A DNA stretch of 64,000 nucleotides from Rhodoferax sp. (lineage in GTDB: Bacteria; Pseudomonadota; Gammaproteobacteria; Burkholderiales; Burkholderiaceae_C): the NCBI RefSeq assembly GCF_028688795.1, contig NZ_JAQTXM010000014.1, forward strand, positions 48,234 through 112,233. The letters run 5' to 3'. Positions 54,423-63,994 of this stretch are shown here, piece by piece. The notes under the pieces are model-generated. The model was not told where the DNA came from. It was given only the letters and a program-made list of their open reading frames with translations, and searched no databases. The number at the start of each line of letters is the position of its first letter. Positions within the stretch are counted from its first letter, which is position 1. The translations under genes were made by a program, and so were the position numbers.

Positions 54423-55655
54423 CTACTTCACCAATTGGTTGAGCTGGATAATTGGCAACAGCACGGCCAACACGATCAGCATCACCACCAGGCCCATCGC
54501 CACAATCAACAAGGGCTCCAAAATGGTGGCGAACTGCATAGCACGGCGCTGCACTTCGGTGCTGAGCTGCTTGGCGGCGCGCTGCAGCATCACCGGCAGC
54601 TGGCCAGTTTGCTCACCGAGGCGGGCAAACATGGACAGCAGGCCAGGAAAACGCTTTTTTTGCGCCAGCGCCGAGGCCAGCGGCGCCCCTTCACGCACCA
54701 ACACCAGCGCATCCAGCGCATCCGTGCGCATGGCGCGGTTGGACAGGGTTTGCGCGGCAGCTTGCAAGGCTTTCAAAATGGGCACACCAGCGGCGGCCAG
54801 CATGGCCAGCGTGCTGGCAAAACGGGCCGAGTTGTAGCTGCGTGACATCTTGCCGATGATGGGCAGGTTCAGCCAGGCGGCATCAAATTTTTCATGAAAC
54901 CGCTCATTCTTCAAAGCCATGCGCCCAGCCATGGCGCCCAGCACCAACGCCACCAGCAGCAACCAGCCATAACTTCTGAAAAAGTCGCTCACAGCGATCA
55001 TGATGACCGTGAGGACCGGCAAGGCTCGTTTGCTGCTGGCGAACACATGGGCCACTTGCGGCACCACGTAAGTTACCAGAAACAGCACGATGACGATGGC
55101 CACCAAGGAGACGATGGCCGGGTAAAGCGCAGCGCCAATCAGTTTGGATTTGAGCGCCTGCTGCTCTTCCAGGTCGTCAGCCAGGCGTTCCAGCACCAAG
55201 CCCAGATTGCCACTTTGCTCACCGGCGCCGATCACCGCCACAAAAATGTCCGAGAACTCGCGCGGGTGCTGCGACAGCGCTTTGGCAAACGGCGCACCGC
55301 CGTTCACTTCAGCGCGCAACATCGCCACCAGTTCGCGCTCAGGGGCTTTTTCAGCCTCATCTGACAGGCTGGTGAGGGCCCGCTCCAGTGGCAGGCCGGA
55401 AGACACCAGGCCAGCCAGTTGGCGCGTCCAGATGGTCAGCGCTGTCGCACCAAACACGCGTTTGCGCCGGCCGGCACCTGAGCCTGCCTGGGTTTTGTGC
55501 GCAGCATCAAACTGCGCACTGACCGGCTCCACTTTGAGTGGCACCAGTGACTGAGCGCGCAACTGGGCGCGCGCCGCTTTGGCGGAGTCGGCATCAATCA
55601 CGCCCTGGCGGGTGTCGCCGGTGCTGCTTAAGGCCTCAAAGGAATAGACGGGCAT
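54423..55655 (-). CDS. gspF: Type II secretion inner-membrane platform protein GspF
   Basis: 410 aa, duplicated GspF domain, three TM helices. Position after gspE. Confidence 0.95.
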   Translation of the reverse strand: MPVYSFEALSSTGDTRQGVIDADSAKAARAQLRAQSLVPLKVEPVSAQFDAAHKTQAGSGAGRRKRVFGATALTIWTRQLAGLVSSGLPLERALTSLSDEAEKAPERELVAMLRAEVNGGAPFAKALSQHPREFSDIFVAVIGAGEQSGNLGLVLERLADDLEEQQALKSKLIGAALYPAIVSLVAIVIVLFLVTYVVPQVAHVFASSKRALPVLTVIMIAVSDFFRSYGWLLLVALVLGAMAGRMALKNERFHEKFDAAWLNLPIIGKMSRSYNSARFASTLAMLAAAGVPILKALQAAAQTLSNRAMRTDALDALVLVREGAPLASALAQKKRFPGLLSMFARLGEQTGQLPVMLQRAAKQLSTEVQRRAMQFATILEPLLIVAMGLVVMLIVLAVLLPIIQLNQLVK

Positions 55656-55666
55656 GGTGAGGGAAA

Positions 55667-57139
55667 TCAGTCGCGCGTGACGCGCAGCAGTTCTTCGCGT
55701 GCGGTCACGCCGGTGCGCACCAGCCGCTCGCCGTCTTCACGCATCAAGACCATGCCGGCAGCTCGGGCGGCGCTGCGGATATCAGCCTCAGAGGCTCGGC
55801 TGTGGATTTGGGCACGGATGGCGTCGTCGGTGACGAGCAGCTCAAAGACACCACTGCGACCGCTGTAACCGGTGTGGCCGCATTTGTCGCAACCAACCGG
55901 GTGGTATTCGACCGAAGGCATGGATTGCTGCGCTTCACTCGCCATGCCGTCGGTGAGGACATTGGGGTCGATGGTGGACGGCGCTTTGCAATGCACACAC
56001 AGCTTGCGTAACAGGCGCTGGGCCAGTACACCCAGCAGACTGGAACTCAGCAAGAACGGTTCAACACCCATGTCGGTCAGGCGCGTGACGGCACTCGATG
56101 CGTCGTTGGTGTGCAGCGTGGCCAGCACCAGGTGGCCGGTCAAGCTGGCCTGAATGGCAATTTGCGCGGTCTCGAAGTCGCGGATTTCACCGATCATGAT
56201 GATGTCTGGGTCTTGCCGCAGGATGGCGCGCAGGGCCTTGGCAAAGGTCAAATCGATCTTCGGGTTAACCTGGGTTTGGCCAACACCTGCCAGCTCGTAT
56301 TCGATTGGGTCTTCCACCGTCATGATGTTGTTGCGGGTGGCGTCCAAGCGTTGCAGCGCGGCATAGAGCGTGGTGGTTTTGCCTGAACCGGTGGGGCCGG
56401 TCACCAGCACAATGCCGTGCGGTTGGGCTACCAGTTGCTCAAATTTGCGTAGCACCTCGCCTTGCATTCCCAAGGCCTCCAGGCTTAATTTGCCTTCGGA
56501 TTTGTCCAGCAAGCGCAGCACCGCGCGTTCACCGTGAGCGCTGGGAATGGTGCTCACGCGCACATCCACCGCCCGCGTGCCAATGCGCAAAGAGATGCGG
56601 CCGTCTTGCGGCAGGCGGCGCTCGGCAATGTCGAGTTCGGCCATGATTTTCAGGCGCGAGATCAGCGCGGCGTGCAGCGCGCGGTTGGGTTGCACCACTT
56701 CGCGCAAGCTGCCGTCAACCCGAAAGCGCACGGACGAATGGCGCTCGTAGGGCTCGATGTGGATATCGCTGGCGCCATCGCGCGCGGCTTGTGTCAAGAG
56801 CGCGTTGAGCATGCGGATGATGGGTGCGTCATCGCTGGTTTCCAGCAGGTCTTCAATGGCTGGCAGGTCTTGCATCATGCGGCTTAAGTCAGCGTCGCTT
56901 TCGACCTCATTGACCACAGCGGCAGCGCTGGATTCACCTTGCGCATAAGCCGCGCTGATGCGTTGAACCAACACAGCAGCGGCCTGGGTTTGCAGTTGCA
57001 GCTGCGGGTATTTGCGGCACACCTCGCTCACGGCGGCGGCGTTGGATGCGGGGTGCAGCCAGAGCGTGCGCGCATCCGCATCTTCTTCAAGCAGCAGCTG
57101 GTGCGTGCGGGCAAAGGCGTAAGGCAAGGGGTAGCGCAT
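55667..57139 (-). CDS. gspE: Type II secretion ATPase GspE
   Basis: Start [17 protein letters not shown] (ATG 57139). Walker [10 protein letters not shown], Asp/His boxes, C-terminal CxxC...CxxC zinc site (CVHC...CDKCGHTG). Confidence 0.95.
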   Translation of the reverse strand: MRYPLPYAFARTHQLLLEEDADARTLWLHPASNAAAVSEVCRKYPQLQLQTQAAAVLVQRISAAYAQGESSAAAVVNEVESDADLSRMMQDLPAIEDLLETSDDAPIIRMLNALLTQAARDGASDIHIEPYERHSSVRFRVDGSLREVVQPNRALHAALISRLKIMAELDIAERRLPQDGRISLRIGTRAVDVRVSTIPSAHGERAVLRLLDKSEGKLSLEALGMQGEVLRKFEQLVAQPHGIVLVTGPTGSGKTTTLYAALQRLDATRNNIMTVEDPIEYELAGVGQTQVNPKIDLTFAKALRAILRQDPDIIMIGEIRDFETAQIAIQASLTGHLVLATLHTNDASSAVTRLTDMGVEPFLLSSSLLGVLAQRLLRKLCVHCKAPSTIDPNVLTDGMASEAQQSMPSVEYHPVGCDKCGHTGYSGRSGVFELLVTDDAIRAQIHSRASEADIRSAARAAGMVLMREDGERLVRTGVTAREELLRVTRD

Positions 57140-57143
57140 GGCC

Positions 57144-59270
57144 CTACTGACCCAGTGGCCTGTTAGCCGAAGCCGGTGTGTCCGCGTTTCCCTTGATGTT
57201 GCCATTGGCAGGCAAGGCTGGGCCTGGCTTCAACTGAGCCGCAGGCAACACCGGCGCCTCGTTGATCGGCACCAGGCGGCTGGGCTCGGGCTGTGCGTCT
57301 TGCATGCCGCTTCGCATCAAGTCGTAGCGGTCCATGGAAAGCTTGTCGGTGGCGCGCGCGTCACGCACCACCACCGGGCGCAGGAACACCATCAGGTTGG
57401 TTTTTTTGCGGCTGCGGGTTTCGTTCTTGAACAAATTTCCAAACAGTGGCACGTCGCCCAGGCCGGGCACTTTTTCCTGGTTGCCAGCGTATTCGTCTTG
57501 CAGCAAGCCACCCAGCACCACGATAGCGCCATCTTCTACCAACACGTTGGACTCGATCGTGCGCTTGTTGGTGGTGGGGCCGTTGGGGGCATTCACGCTG
57601 GAGGCCAGCACATTGCTCACCTCTTGGTAAATGGCCATTTTGACGGTGCCGTTTTCGCTGATTTGCGGTTTGACCTTGAGCGTCAGACCAACGTCTTTAC
57701 GTTCAATGGTTTGAAACGGGTTGACGGTGCCAGTGCTGCTGCCAGTGTTGGTGAACTGGCCGGTGACGAAGGGCACGTTTTGGCCAATGACGATCTTGGC
57801 CTCTTCGTTGTCGAGCGTGAGCAAATTGGGCGTTGAGAGCACATTGCCAGAGCCAGAGTCTTCCAGAAAACGCGCCAGCAGGCCAAGCACATAGACGCCA
57901 TTGGTTTGCTGCACGGCACCAAAATTGAGTCCGCGCGCTGGCGCCACCCCGCCCGTGGCCGCCCCCGTGGCCAGACTGATGATGTTTTTGCCGCCGGTGC
58001 TGAAGTTGGTGCCCAGCAGGCCAATCACGCCATCACCGGCCTTGCCCAACGGTCCTTGCCACTGGATGCCAAACTCTGCCGCCTTCTCCACACTGACCTC
58101 AGCAATCAGGCTCTCCACAAACACCTGGGCACGCCGGGCGTCGAGCTTGTCAATGACCGCGCGAAGCTGGCGGTATTGCGGGTCGGGCGCGGTGATGATG
58201 AGCGAATTGGTGGCCACGTCGGCCTGAATTTGCCCGCCTGTGGTGGCGGCTTGCGCCGTGGCACCGGCAGCACCGCCCGGTGTTGCCGTGGCCGCAGCAG
58301 GTGCCGCACTGCCACTCAAGGCGGCGCGCAACGTGGTCGCCAGCTTGGTGGCATCGGCGTTTTTGAGGTACACCACATGCACGTTGCCCAATGCGTCGTT
58401 GTTGCTGCCTGCGTCCGGCTGGTCGAGCTTTTGAACGAGTGAGCGCACCAGCGCCAGTTGCGCCCCATTGGCAGCGCGCGCTATCAGTGCGTTGGAGCGG
58501 GGTTCGGCCACCAGCGTGGTCTTGAACGAGGTGTCGGCTGCACCGGCCGGGGCAGCGGCGGTGCTGGCACCCAGCAGCCTGAGTACCAGCGGCGCCAAAT
58601 CAGAGGCAATGGCGTGTTGCAGCGGAATCACCTCCACGTCGGTGGCATTGGCCACATCCATCGCCGCAATGATGCGCGACAGGCGGCGCAGGTTGTCACC
58701 GTAGTCAGTGATCACCAGGGAGTTGTTGCCAGGGTTGGCATTGATGGTGTTGTTGGGACTGATCAAGGGGCGCAGCACCGGCACCAGGTTATTGGCCGAC
58801 TCAAAATTGAGCTTGAAGATTTGCGTGGCAATCTGGTTGCTTCCAGGCAGCGTGCCGCTGTCGCCCTCTTGAATCGTCACGCCTGCACTTTGCAGCTTGG
58901 CCTCGGCCTCGGGCACCACCTTGTAAAGCCCGCCGGACTCCACCAGCGTGTAGCCCTGCAGGCGTAGCGCCGACACAAACTGGCCCAGGGCGGCCGCGCG
59001 GCTCACCGGCTTGTCGGTGACCAGAGTCAGCGTGCCCTTGACACGCGGGTCGACCACCACGTTGCGCCCGGTGATGCTGGCAAAAGTGCGCGCCACAGCT
59101 TCGATTTCAGCCCCCTGAAAATTCAGCGTGACGCCTTCACTGGCCTTGCCGGCAGCATTCGACTGCGCCCAAGAATTTATAGAAAAAAGGCCTGTAGCCC
59201 CCGTCAATAAAGCGCAAACAGCTATTGAAACAATAGTATGTTTAGAAGAAACAAAAATATGTTGTGGCAT
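57144..59270 (-). CDS. gspD: Type II secretion secretin GspD
   Basis: Start [11 protein letters not shown] (ATG 59270). N0-N3 domains, secretin domain (...[15 protein letters not shown]...). Signal peptide encoded by repeat copy K. Confidence 0.95.
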   Translation of the reverse strand: MPQHIFVSSKHTIVSIAVCALLTGATGLFSINSWAQSNAAGKASEGVTLNFQGAEIEAVARTFASITGRNVVVDPRVKGTLTLVTDKPVSRAAALGQFVSALRLQGYTLVESGGLYKVVPEAEAKLQSAGVTIQEGDSGTLPGSNQIATQIFKLNFESANNLVPVLRPLISPNNTINANPGNNSLVITDYGDNLRRLSRIIAAMDVANATDVEVIPLQHAIASDLAPLVLRLLGASTAAAPAGAADTSFKTTLVAEPRSNALIARAANGAQLALVRSLVQKLDQPDAGSNNDALGNVHVVYLKNADATKLATTLRAALSGSAAPAAATATPGGAAGATAQAATTGGQIQADVATNSLIITAPDPQYRQLRAVIDKLDARRAQVFVESLIAEVSVEKAAEFGIQWQGPLGKAGDGVIGLLGTNFSTGGKNIISLATGAATGGVAPARGLNFGAVQQTNGVYVLGLLARFLEDSGSGNVLSTPNLLTLDNEEAKIVIGQNVPFVTGQFTNTGSSTGTVNPFQTIERKDVGLTLKVKPQISENGTVKMAIYQEVSNVLASSVNAPNGPTTNKRTIESNVLVEDGAIVVLGGLLQDEYAGNQEKVPGLGDVPLFGNLFKNETRSRKKTNLMVFLRPVVVRDARATDKLSMDRYDLMRSGMQDAQPEPSRLVPINEAPVLPAAQLKPGPALPANGNIKGNADTPASANRPLGQ
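59172..59237 (-). repeat. Repeat copy K, sense, inside gspD (signal-peptide region)
   Basis: Gene strand: ACTAttgtttcaATAGCTGTTTGCGCtttattgacGGGGGCTACAGGCCttttttctATAAATTct. Peptide [22 protein letters not shown]. Confidence 0.9.
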
Positions 59271-59274
59271 GTGC

Positions 59275-60111
59275 TTACCCAAGCTTGATGATGGACCGCG
59301 CGCCCTCGCGCCGCCCAATGATGTTCAATAAATTTGACAGTGCCGCCTGATGCTCTGGCGTGCTGCTGGCCTCGCCCACAAAGCGCAGCTTGCCGCCTAC
59401 CCACTCACCACGACCGGAGAGCTGCAAACTGCCCTGCAAGGTGGCCAGCGACAGTTCAGGTGCTGCGCCCCCGGTCAAAGTAAAGCGGTAGCTACCCATG
59501 GGGCGCAGGGTGGACAAGCGCGATGAAATGTCTTGCGCGTCGAGCTGCGCTTGCCCACTGAGCTGCAGCCGCCCAGCTGCCCAGGTCAGGGTAAGCCCCT
59601 CGGTGCTCAAGCCCAGTTGGCCTTGCGGCGCAATCGTATTAAAAGGCGTGCCCAAGCCAGCAAGCATCTGCGCCGGCCAGACCGATGGGCTGTCGGACAC
59701 CCGCAACTGCGCGCCGTTCCACCTCGGTGCCAGAAAAAACCCCCAGGACTGTGCCAGGCAACAACTGGCTTCCAGGCGCACGCCCAACCCGGTCAGGCCG
59801 GGTTGCAGCTGCCAGCCCAGCCGCGAGGGCAATTGGGTCGCGGCCACACTGCCAACGCCACCCGTGAGCGTGAGCTGCGCACTGCCTGACCAGACCGTGC
59901 CACGGGCATCCTGTAACAACACCTGACCAGCACTGGCCTGGCGCACCACTGCGGCGAGCCAGCGCGCTGGCGCAAACACCAGCACGCTCAGCAGCGCCCC
60001 CACCAGCAAACCACTCAGGCCCCAGACCCAAGGCGTTTGCGCACTGGTGCGCGCAGCCACGCCTGAGCGACGCAACGCACTGACACGTGAAGGCCGGGCA
60101 AACAAGCGCAT
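59275..60111 (-). CDS. gspN: Type II secretion protein GspN
   Basis: Start MRLFARPSRV (ATG 60111). One N-terminal TM, then ...VLLQDARGTVWSGSAQL...L.WQL... GspN pattern. Position between gspM and gspD. Confidence 0.8.
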   Translation of the reverse strand: MRLFARPSRVSALRRSGVAARTSAQTPWVWGLSGLLVGALLSVLVFAPARWLAAVVRQASAGQVLLQDARGTVWSGSAQLTLTGGVGSVAATQLPSRLGWQLQPGLTGLGVRLEASCCLAQSWGFFLAPRWNGAQLRVSDSPSVWPAQMLAGLGTPFNTIAPQGQLGLSTEGLTLTWAAGRLQLSGQAQLDAQDISSRLSTLRPMGSYRFTLTGGAAPELSLATLQGSLQLSGRGEWVGGKLRFVGEASSTPEHQAALSNLLNIIGRREGARSIIKLG

Positions 60112-60136
60112 GGGCACAGTCACAGCACCAGGTCCA

Positions 60137-60616
60137 TCATGATGCAGGCAGGTACAACACCAGCGTGCCATCCCAGGTGCCGGCGGCATTGCGCGTCAGG
60201 TGCGCCTCAGACGGCACGCTGTGGGCGTTTTGTCGGGCCGCAGCCAGCCACTGCGCCAGCGCGTCAGGGGCCACACCCTTGAGTGTGACCGTGACACGCT
60301 CCACCTGCACCACCATTTGTGCACTGGTGCCGAGCGGTTTCAATGACGCTTCGAGCGCCCGGCGCGCGTCATCAGCACGCATCACCGGTTGCGCCCGCAA
60401 AGCCAGCGCCTGGGCTTGCAGTCGCAGCATCTGCTGGTTTTGGGCGTCCAGCGCCAAATGCTGTTGCGGCGCGGTCTTGAGCACTTTCAAGGCCGGGGCC
60501 ACAGCCACCCACCACAGCAGCGCCAGTACCACCACGCCCAAGGCCAGCAAAAGCAGCCGCTGCTCACGCGGCGAAACCTCTCGCCAGCGACGCTGCAAGT
60601 CGGTCAAGGCGCTCAT
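60137..60616 (-). CDS. gspM: Type II secretion protein GspM
   Basis: Start MSALTDLQRRWREVSPREQRLLLLALGVVVLALLWW (ATG 60616), about 160 aa, single TM. Confidence 0.85.
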   Translation of the reverse strand: MSALTDLQRRWREVSPREQRLLLLALGVVVLALLWWVAVAPALKVLKTAPQQHLALDAQNQQMLRLQAQALALRAQPVMRADDARRALEASLKPLGTSAQMVVQVERVTVTLKGVAPDALAQWLAAARQNAHSVPSEAHLTRNAAGTWDGTLVLYLPAS

Positions 60617-61896
60617 GGTTGGCCTCCCGCAGCCAGGAGCCATTGGTCGCCCTGCTCACTTGCGCGCAAGCCTGCCGCCTTTAGTTTGGCAATGACGGCG
60701 GCTGGGTCGCCCACCTCAGGGCCTTTCAAACGCAACTCATTTGATGCAAATTCAATAGCTACTACCGCATATTCTGCAGGGGCTACAGCCGAAAATGATG
60801 CCAACATACTCTCCAAATCAGTGCCAGCGGCAGCACCACTGGCGCGCTGCAAGGCGGCCACTTCACGCGCCATCTGCAAGGGTGCATCGACCACCACAGG
60901 CACTTTGGGAAAGGTCTCTAGCAGCACCGCGCGCACCACTTGACGTTTGGCATTCAACGTGGCTTGCTCACGCAGAGCCCAGGCGTTCAGGCCGACCAGG
61001 TTCACCAGCACGCCAGCCACCAACGCGCCACGCGCCACGCGCCACTGCGGCGCACGCAAAAAACTGGCAAACGCCTGGGTCACACGGGCCCAACGCCGGT
61101 CACGGTTGGCGTGAGCCAGGTCAAACTGGGCCAGATCCCACGGCGACTGCGCTGCTTGCAGCAAACGCTCGGTGTGCTGCAACAAGGTGACCGGGCGCTT
61201 GAACCAGGCTTCGGCGATGGCGGCCACGGCGGGCTCGGCCACCACTTGCGGCCAGGTTGGCTCGGCGTCTTGGGGCAACGTTTCACCCAACCACAGCAGT
61301 GCCGGCGCGGCCAGGGGTCCAACCAGTACGCCACCGAATGCCGGGCTGTCGGTGGCCGCTCCAGCGACTGCAGGCAAGCGCTGCAAGCCGGCCACACGCG
61401 GGTGATCGGCATCGCCGGTGACCACCACGGTACCCCGCAAACCATGTGGTGTGAACTCGGGCACGATACGCGCCACTTCATGCCCGGCTTGGGCCAGGGC
61501 ACTCAATGCGGCTTTGAGCCAAGCCCGGTCGCAGGCAGCCACCCAGACCAGCGCATCCGCTGTGGCCTGCGGCTGCAAGGCCAGATGCAATTGTGCCGGG
61601 TCGTCGAGTAACTGGTCTTCCAGCACACCCTCCAGAATGCTACGCAGCCGACTGCGGGCACGCTCACCGGCGAGGGTCCGCGGCACGCTGCCTGCGGGCA
61701 GCTTCACCTGGTGCCAGGACAGTGCCTGCGCAGGCACCAGCGCCACCACTTCGTCGTGCGCAGCGGGCAACAAGGCCAACGGCACGCTGGCGTGCGCGTG
61801 CACGGTGAGGCCATCGGTGCTGAGCACGTAGTCAAACAATGCAGCCGCATCTGCGCCGGCCGGGGGTAAGGTGATGATCAGGGTCGTCATGGGCAA
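60613..61896 (-). CDS. gspL: Type II secretion protein GspL
   Basis: 427 aa; cytoplasmic actin-like domain, mid TM (VAGVLVNLVGLNAW), periplasmic C-domain. 4-nt overlap with gspM. Contains repeat copy L. Confidence 0.85.
   Translation of the reverse strand: MPMTTLIITLPPAGADAAALFDYVLSTDGLTVHAHASVPLALLPAAHDEVVALVPAQALSWHQVKLPAGSVPRTLAGERARSRLRSILEGVLEDQLLDDPAQLHLALQPQATADALVWVAACDRAWLKAALSALAQAGHEVARIVPEFTPHGLRGTVVVTGDADHPRVAGLQRLPAVAGAATDSPAFGGVLVGPLAAPALLWLGETLPQDAEPTWPQVVAEPAVAAIAEAWFKRPVTLLQHTERLLQAAQSPWDLAQFDLAHANRDRRWARVTQAFASFLRAPQWRVARGALVAGVLVNLVGLNAWALREQATLNAKRQVVRAVLLETFPKVPVVVDAPLQMAREVAALQRASGAAAGTDLESMLASFSAVAPAEYAVVAIEFASNELRLKGPEVGDPAAVIAKLKAAGLRASEQGDQWLLAAGGQP
60745..60800 (+). 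repeat. Repeat copy L, antisense, inside gspL (periplasmic C-domain)
   Basis: tgcaaattcaATAGCTACTACCGCatattctgcAGGGGCTACAGCCgaaaatgatg. Gene strand peptide SFSAVAPAEYAVVAIEFAS. Confidence 0.85.
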
Positions 61897-61905
61897 AGTA
61901 TCAAT

Positions 61906-62883
61906 TCATTGTAGGGGTGCCCCCTCGGCAGCCACCACTTCGCGCGTGCGGCTCAGTACCTTCACGTCCAAACCGTCGCGTTGCAGCGCAGAACGCTCTT
62001 GCAAGGTGGTCTGCCCGACGCGCAATTGGCCGGTGACACTGAAAAAGCGCGACGCCACACTGTGCTCGGCGGCATCAAATTTCACCTCTGGGTTAGCCAC
62101 CACCAGCAGGGCATCCATCAGAGTGCCAATGGGTTTGGCCGCGCGTGACTGCGCCAGTTGACGGGCCTGCGCCAGCGTCAGGCCATCGACACAAGCCGCC
62201 AGCACTTCCACTGGCGCCGTGTTGAGGTTAACCGGGGTGCGCACTGGCAGCAGCGTGACAAAAGGTGCCAGGGCTTGCACGGTGCGGTCAGACAAGCCTA
62301 ACCAAGCCAGGTCAACCACGCTGGCCGGCCAAAGCGGTGCCAGCGGGTCGACTTTGCCACTGACCAGTGCGCTGCCGGCTAGCAACAACTGCTGGGTCAT
62401 GCGGTCAAGTTCGGCCTGGGGCAAATTCAGTTGTTTGAATAGATTTCCCCAAATGGCCACGCTGGGCTCATGCAGTTTGCCGTTGTCAATCAGATTGGTC
62501 ACGTTCAGGCGCGCCTGCAAGTCGTCTATGTGGCCGGCCAAAAAGGCCTCTTGTTCAGGATCGGTGTCATCGGCCACCACCGCCTGGCCCCGTTCGGCGG
62601 CCAAAAAAGTGGACAGTCGCGCCGACGCCAGTGGCACCGCCCAGGGTTCGGCCAGGTGGTCGGAGCCGCCCTCGCGGGCATCTTCACGCAGGATCAGCCG
62701 TGCCCAATCCAGCGCCCCCGTGAGAATCCAGGCAGATTGCACGCGGGTGCGCTGGGCAGATTCAAGCTCGACCCCACGCCACTGCTGCCACATCATGCTG
62801 GAGGCCAGCGTGGCGACCAGCACCACGGTGAGCATGGCCATCAAAATGGCAGCACCGCGCTGGCTGCGACCTACCGCCCTCAT
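61906..62883 (-). CDS. gspK: Type II secretion minor pseudopilin GspK
   Basis: Start MRAVGRSQRGAAILMAMLTVVLVATL (ATG 62883, ATGA overlap with gspJ). Confidence 0.85.
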   Translation of the reverse strand: MRAVGRSQRGAAILMAMLTVVLVATLASSMMWQQWRGVELESAQRTRVQSAWILTGALDWARLILREDAREGGSDHLAEPWAVPLASARLSTFLAAERGQAVVADDTDPEQEAFLAGHIDDLQARLNVTNLIDNGKLHEPSVAIWGNLFKQLNLPQAELDRMTQQLLLAGSALVSGKVDPLAPLWPASVVDLAWLGLSDRTVQALAPFVTLLPVRTPVNLNTAPVEVLAACVDGLTLAQARQLAQSRAAKPIGTLMDALLVVANPEVKFDAAEHSVASRFFSVTGQLRVGQTTLQERSALQRDGLDVKVLSRTREVVAAEGAPLQ

Positions 62884-63623
62884 TTGCCACCGCCAAGGAT
62901 CGGGCGCGCCCAATCACGCGTGAGCGTGCCGCTGAGGGCCTGCCCGCCCGAGAGGGTCAACACCAAGCGCACACCATCCGGGGTGGTGCTGGTGGTTGTT
63001 GCGCCGGGCGCTGCTTCGCCGCTGGCAGTGCCCGTGGCATCGGCACTGGCCGCACTGGAGAGCGGGTTGGTCCAGGTGTTACCGCGGTAATAAAAAATTT
63101 GCCAGGCATCCAGCGCCACCGTGCGCACCTCGCGCTGGCGATCTTCATCGCTGGGGGTTTGCGCCCAGACCTGCGCTTTTTGCCAGGCCAGATCAAGCTC
63201 GCCACGAGTACGCAACTCGGGCGACTGCCAGCGCAACCACTGGCCAGTGCCGCCGTCATTGCGTTGCGCCCAGGCCACCACCCGCAGACCTTCACCCGGC
63301 GAGGCGCTTCCGCGACGCAGGATGCGCATGCTGCGGCCGTCCCATTCCAGGCTTGGCATGTTGGGCTGCTCGGCCATGGCGTCCAGGTCGGCACCCCACT
63401 GGCCAAGCGTGGCCTGCAGGGTTTGCACATCGTCTGCACGCTGCTGCAATTGCGTTTGCGCCCGGCTGATGCCATCAAGCCCGCGCCAGCTCAACACCGC
63501 CATCAGCGCCATCAGGCTGATGGCCACCAGCAACTCGATCAGGGTAAAGCCCAGGGCACAACGCGGCCGACGCCGCTTGACCGGCAAAGCACCGCACCCC
63601 ATGCCCTGCAACATGGCTTTCAT
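62880..63623 (-). CDS. gspJ: Type II secretion minor pseudopilin GspJ
   Basis: Start MKAMLQG... (ATG 63623). Prepilin motif GFTLIELLVAISLMALM. Confidence 0.85.
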   Translation of the reverse strand: MKAMLQGMGCGALPVKRRRPRCALGFTLIELLVAISLMALMAVLSWRGLDGISRAQTQLQQRADDVQTLQATLGQWGADLDAMAEQPNMPSLEWDGRSMRILRRGSASPGEGLRVVAWAQRNDGGTGQWLRWQSPELRTRGELDLAWQKAQVWAQTPSDEDRQREVRTVALDAWQIFYYRGNTWTNPLSSAASADATGTASGEAAPGATTTSTTPDGVRLVLTLSGGQALSGTLTRDWARPILGGGK

Positions 63624-63994
63624 CAGTAGCGCCCCACCACGGTGCTGACGCGCCAAATGGGCACCTCAGCATCGAGCACCTGGGCGTCGACGCGGCGAAA
63701 GTTCGCATTGGGCGTCGGGCGCACGGCCAGTACCACCGTCAACGTACGCCCGGCCTGTTCACAAGCGGTCTGGTTGTCGCCCACGCCCGGCAACTGGCGC
63801 GCCAGGCGCACTTGGGTCAGGGCATTTTCAGCACACAACTGAGCCAGCAACATGTCCGACTGGCGCTGCGCATGGCGCGTGATGGCGCCGGTGGCTTGCA
63901 AGCCGGCAGCCAAGGCAATGGCCACAATGCCCAGCGCCACCAGCACTTCCACCAAAGTAAAGCCGCGCCGCTTTGCGTAAAAACCCACGGACAA
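63623..63994 (-). CDS. gspI: Type II secretion minor pseudopilin GspI
   Basis: MSVGFYAKRRGFTLVEVLVALGIVAIALAA prepilin N-terminus, 123 aa. Confidence 0.85.
   Translation of the reverse strand: MSVGFYAKRRGFTLVEVLVALGIVAIALAAGLQATGAITRHAQRQSDMLLAQLCAENALTQVRLARQLPGVGDNQTACEQAGRTLTVVLAVRPTPNANFRRVDAQVLDAEVPIWRVSTVVGRY

Noticed and set aside
131-60800. CRISPR array formed by the recurring ~65-bp unit
   Set aside because: Copies are kilobases apart, in both orientations, imperfect, and embedded in genes. There is no regular repeat-spacer structure and there are no cas genes.
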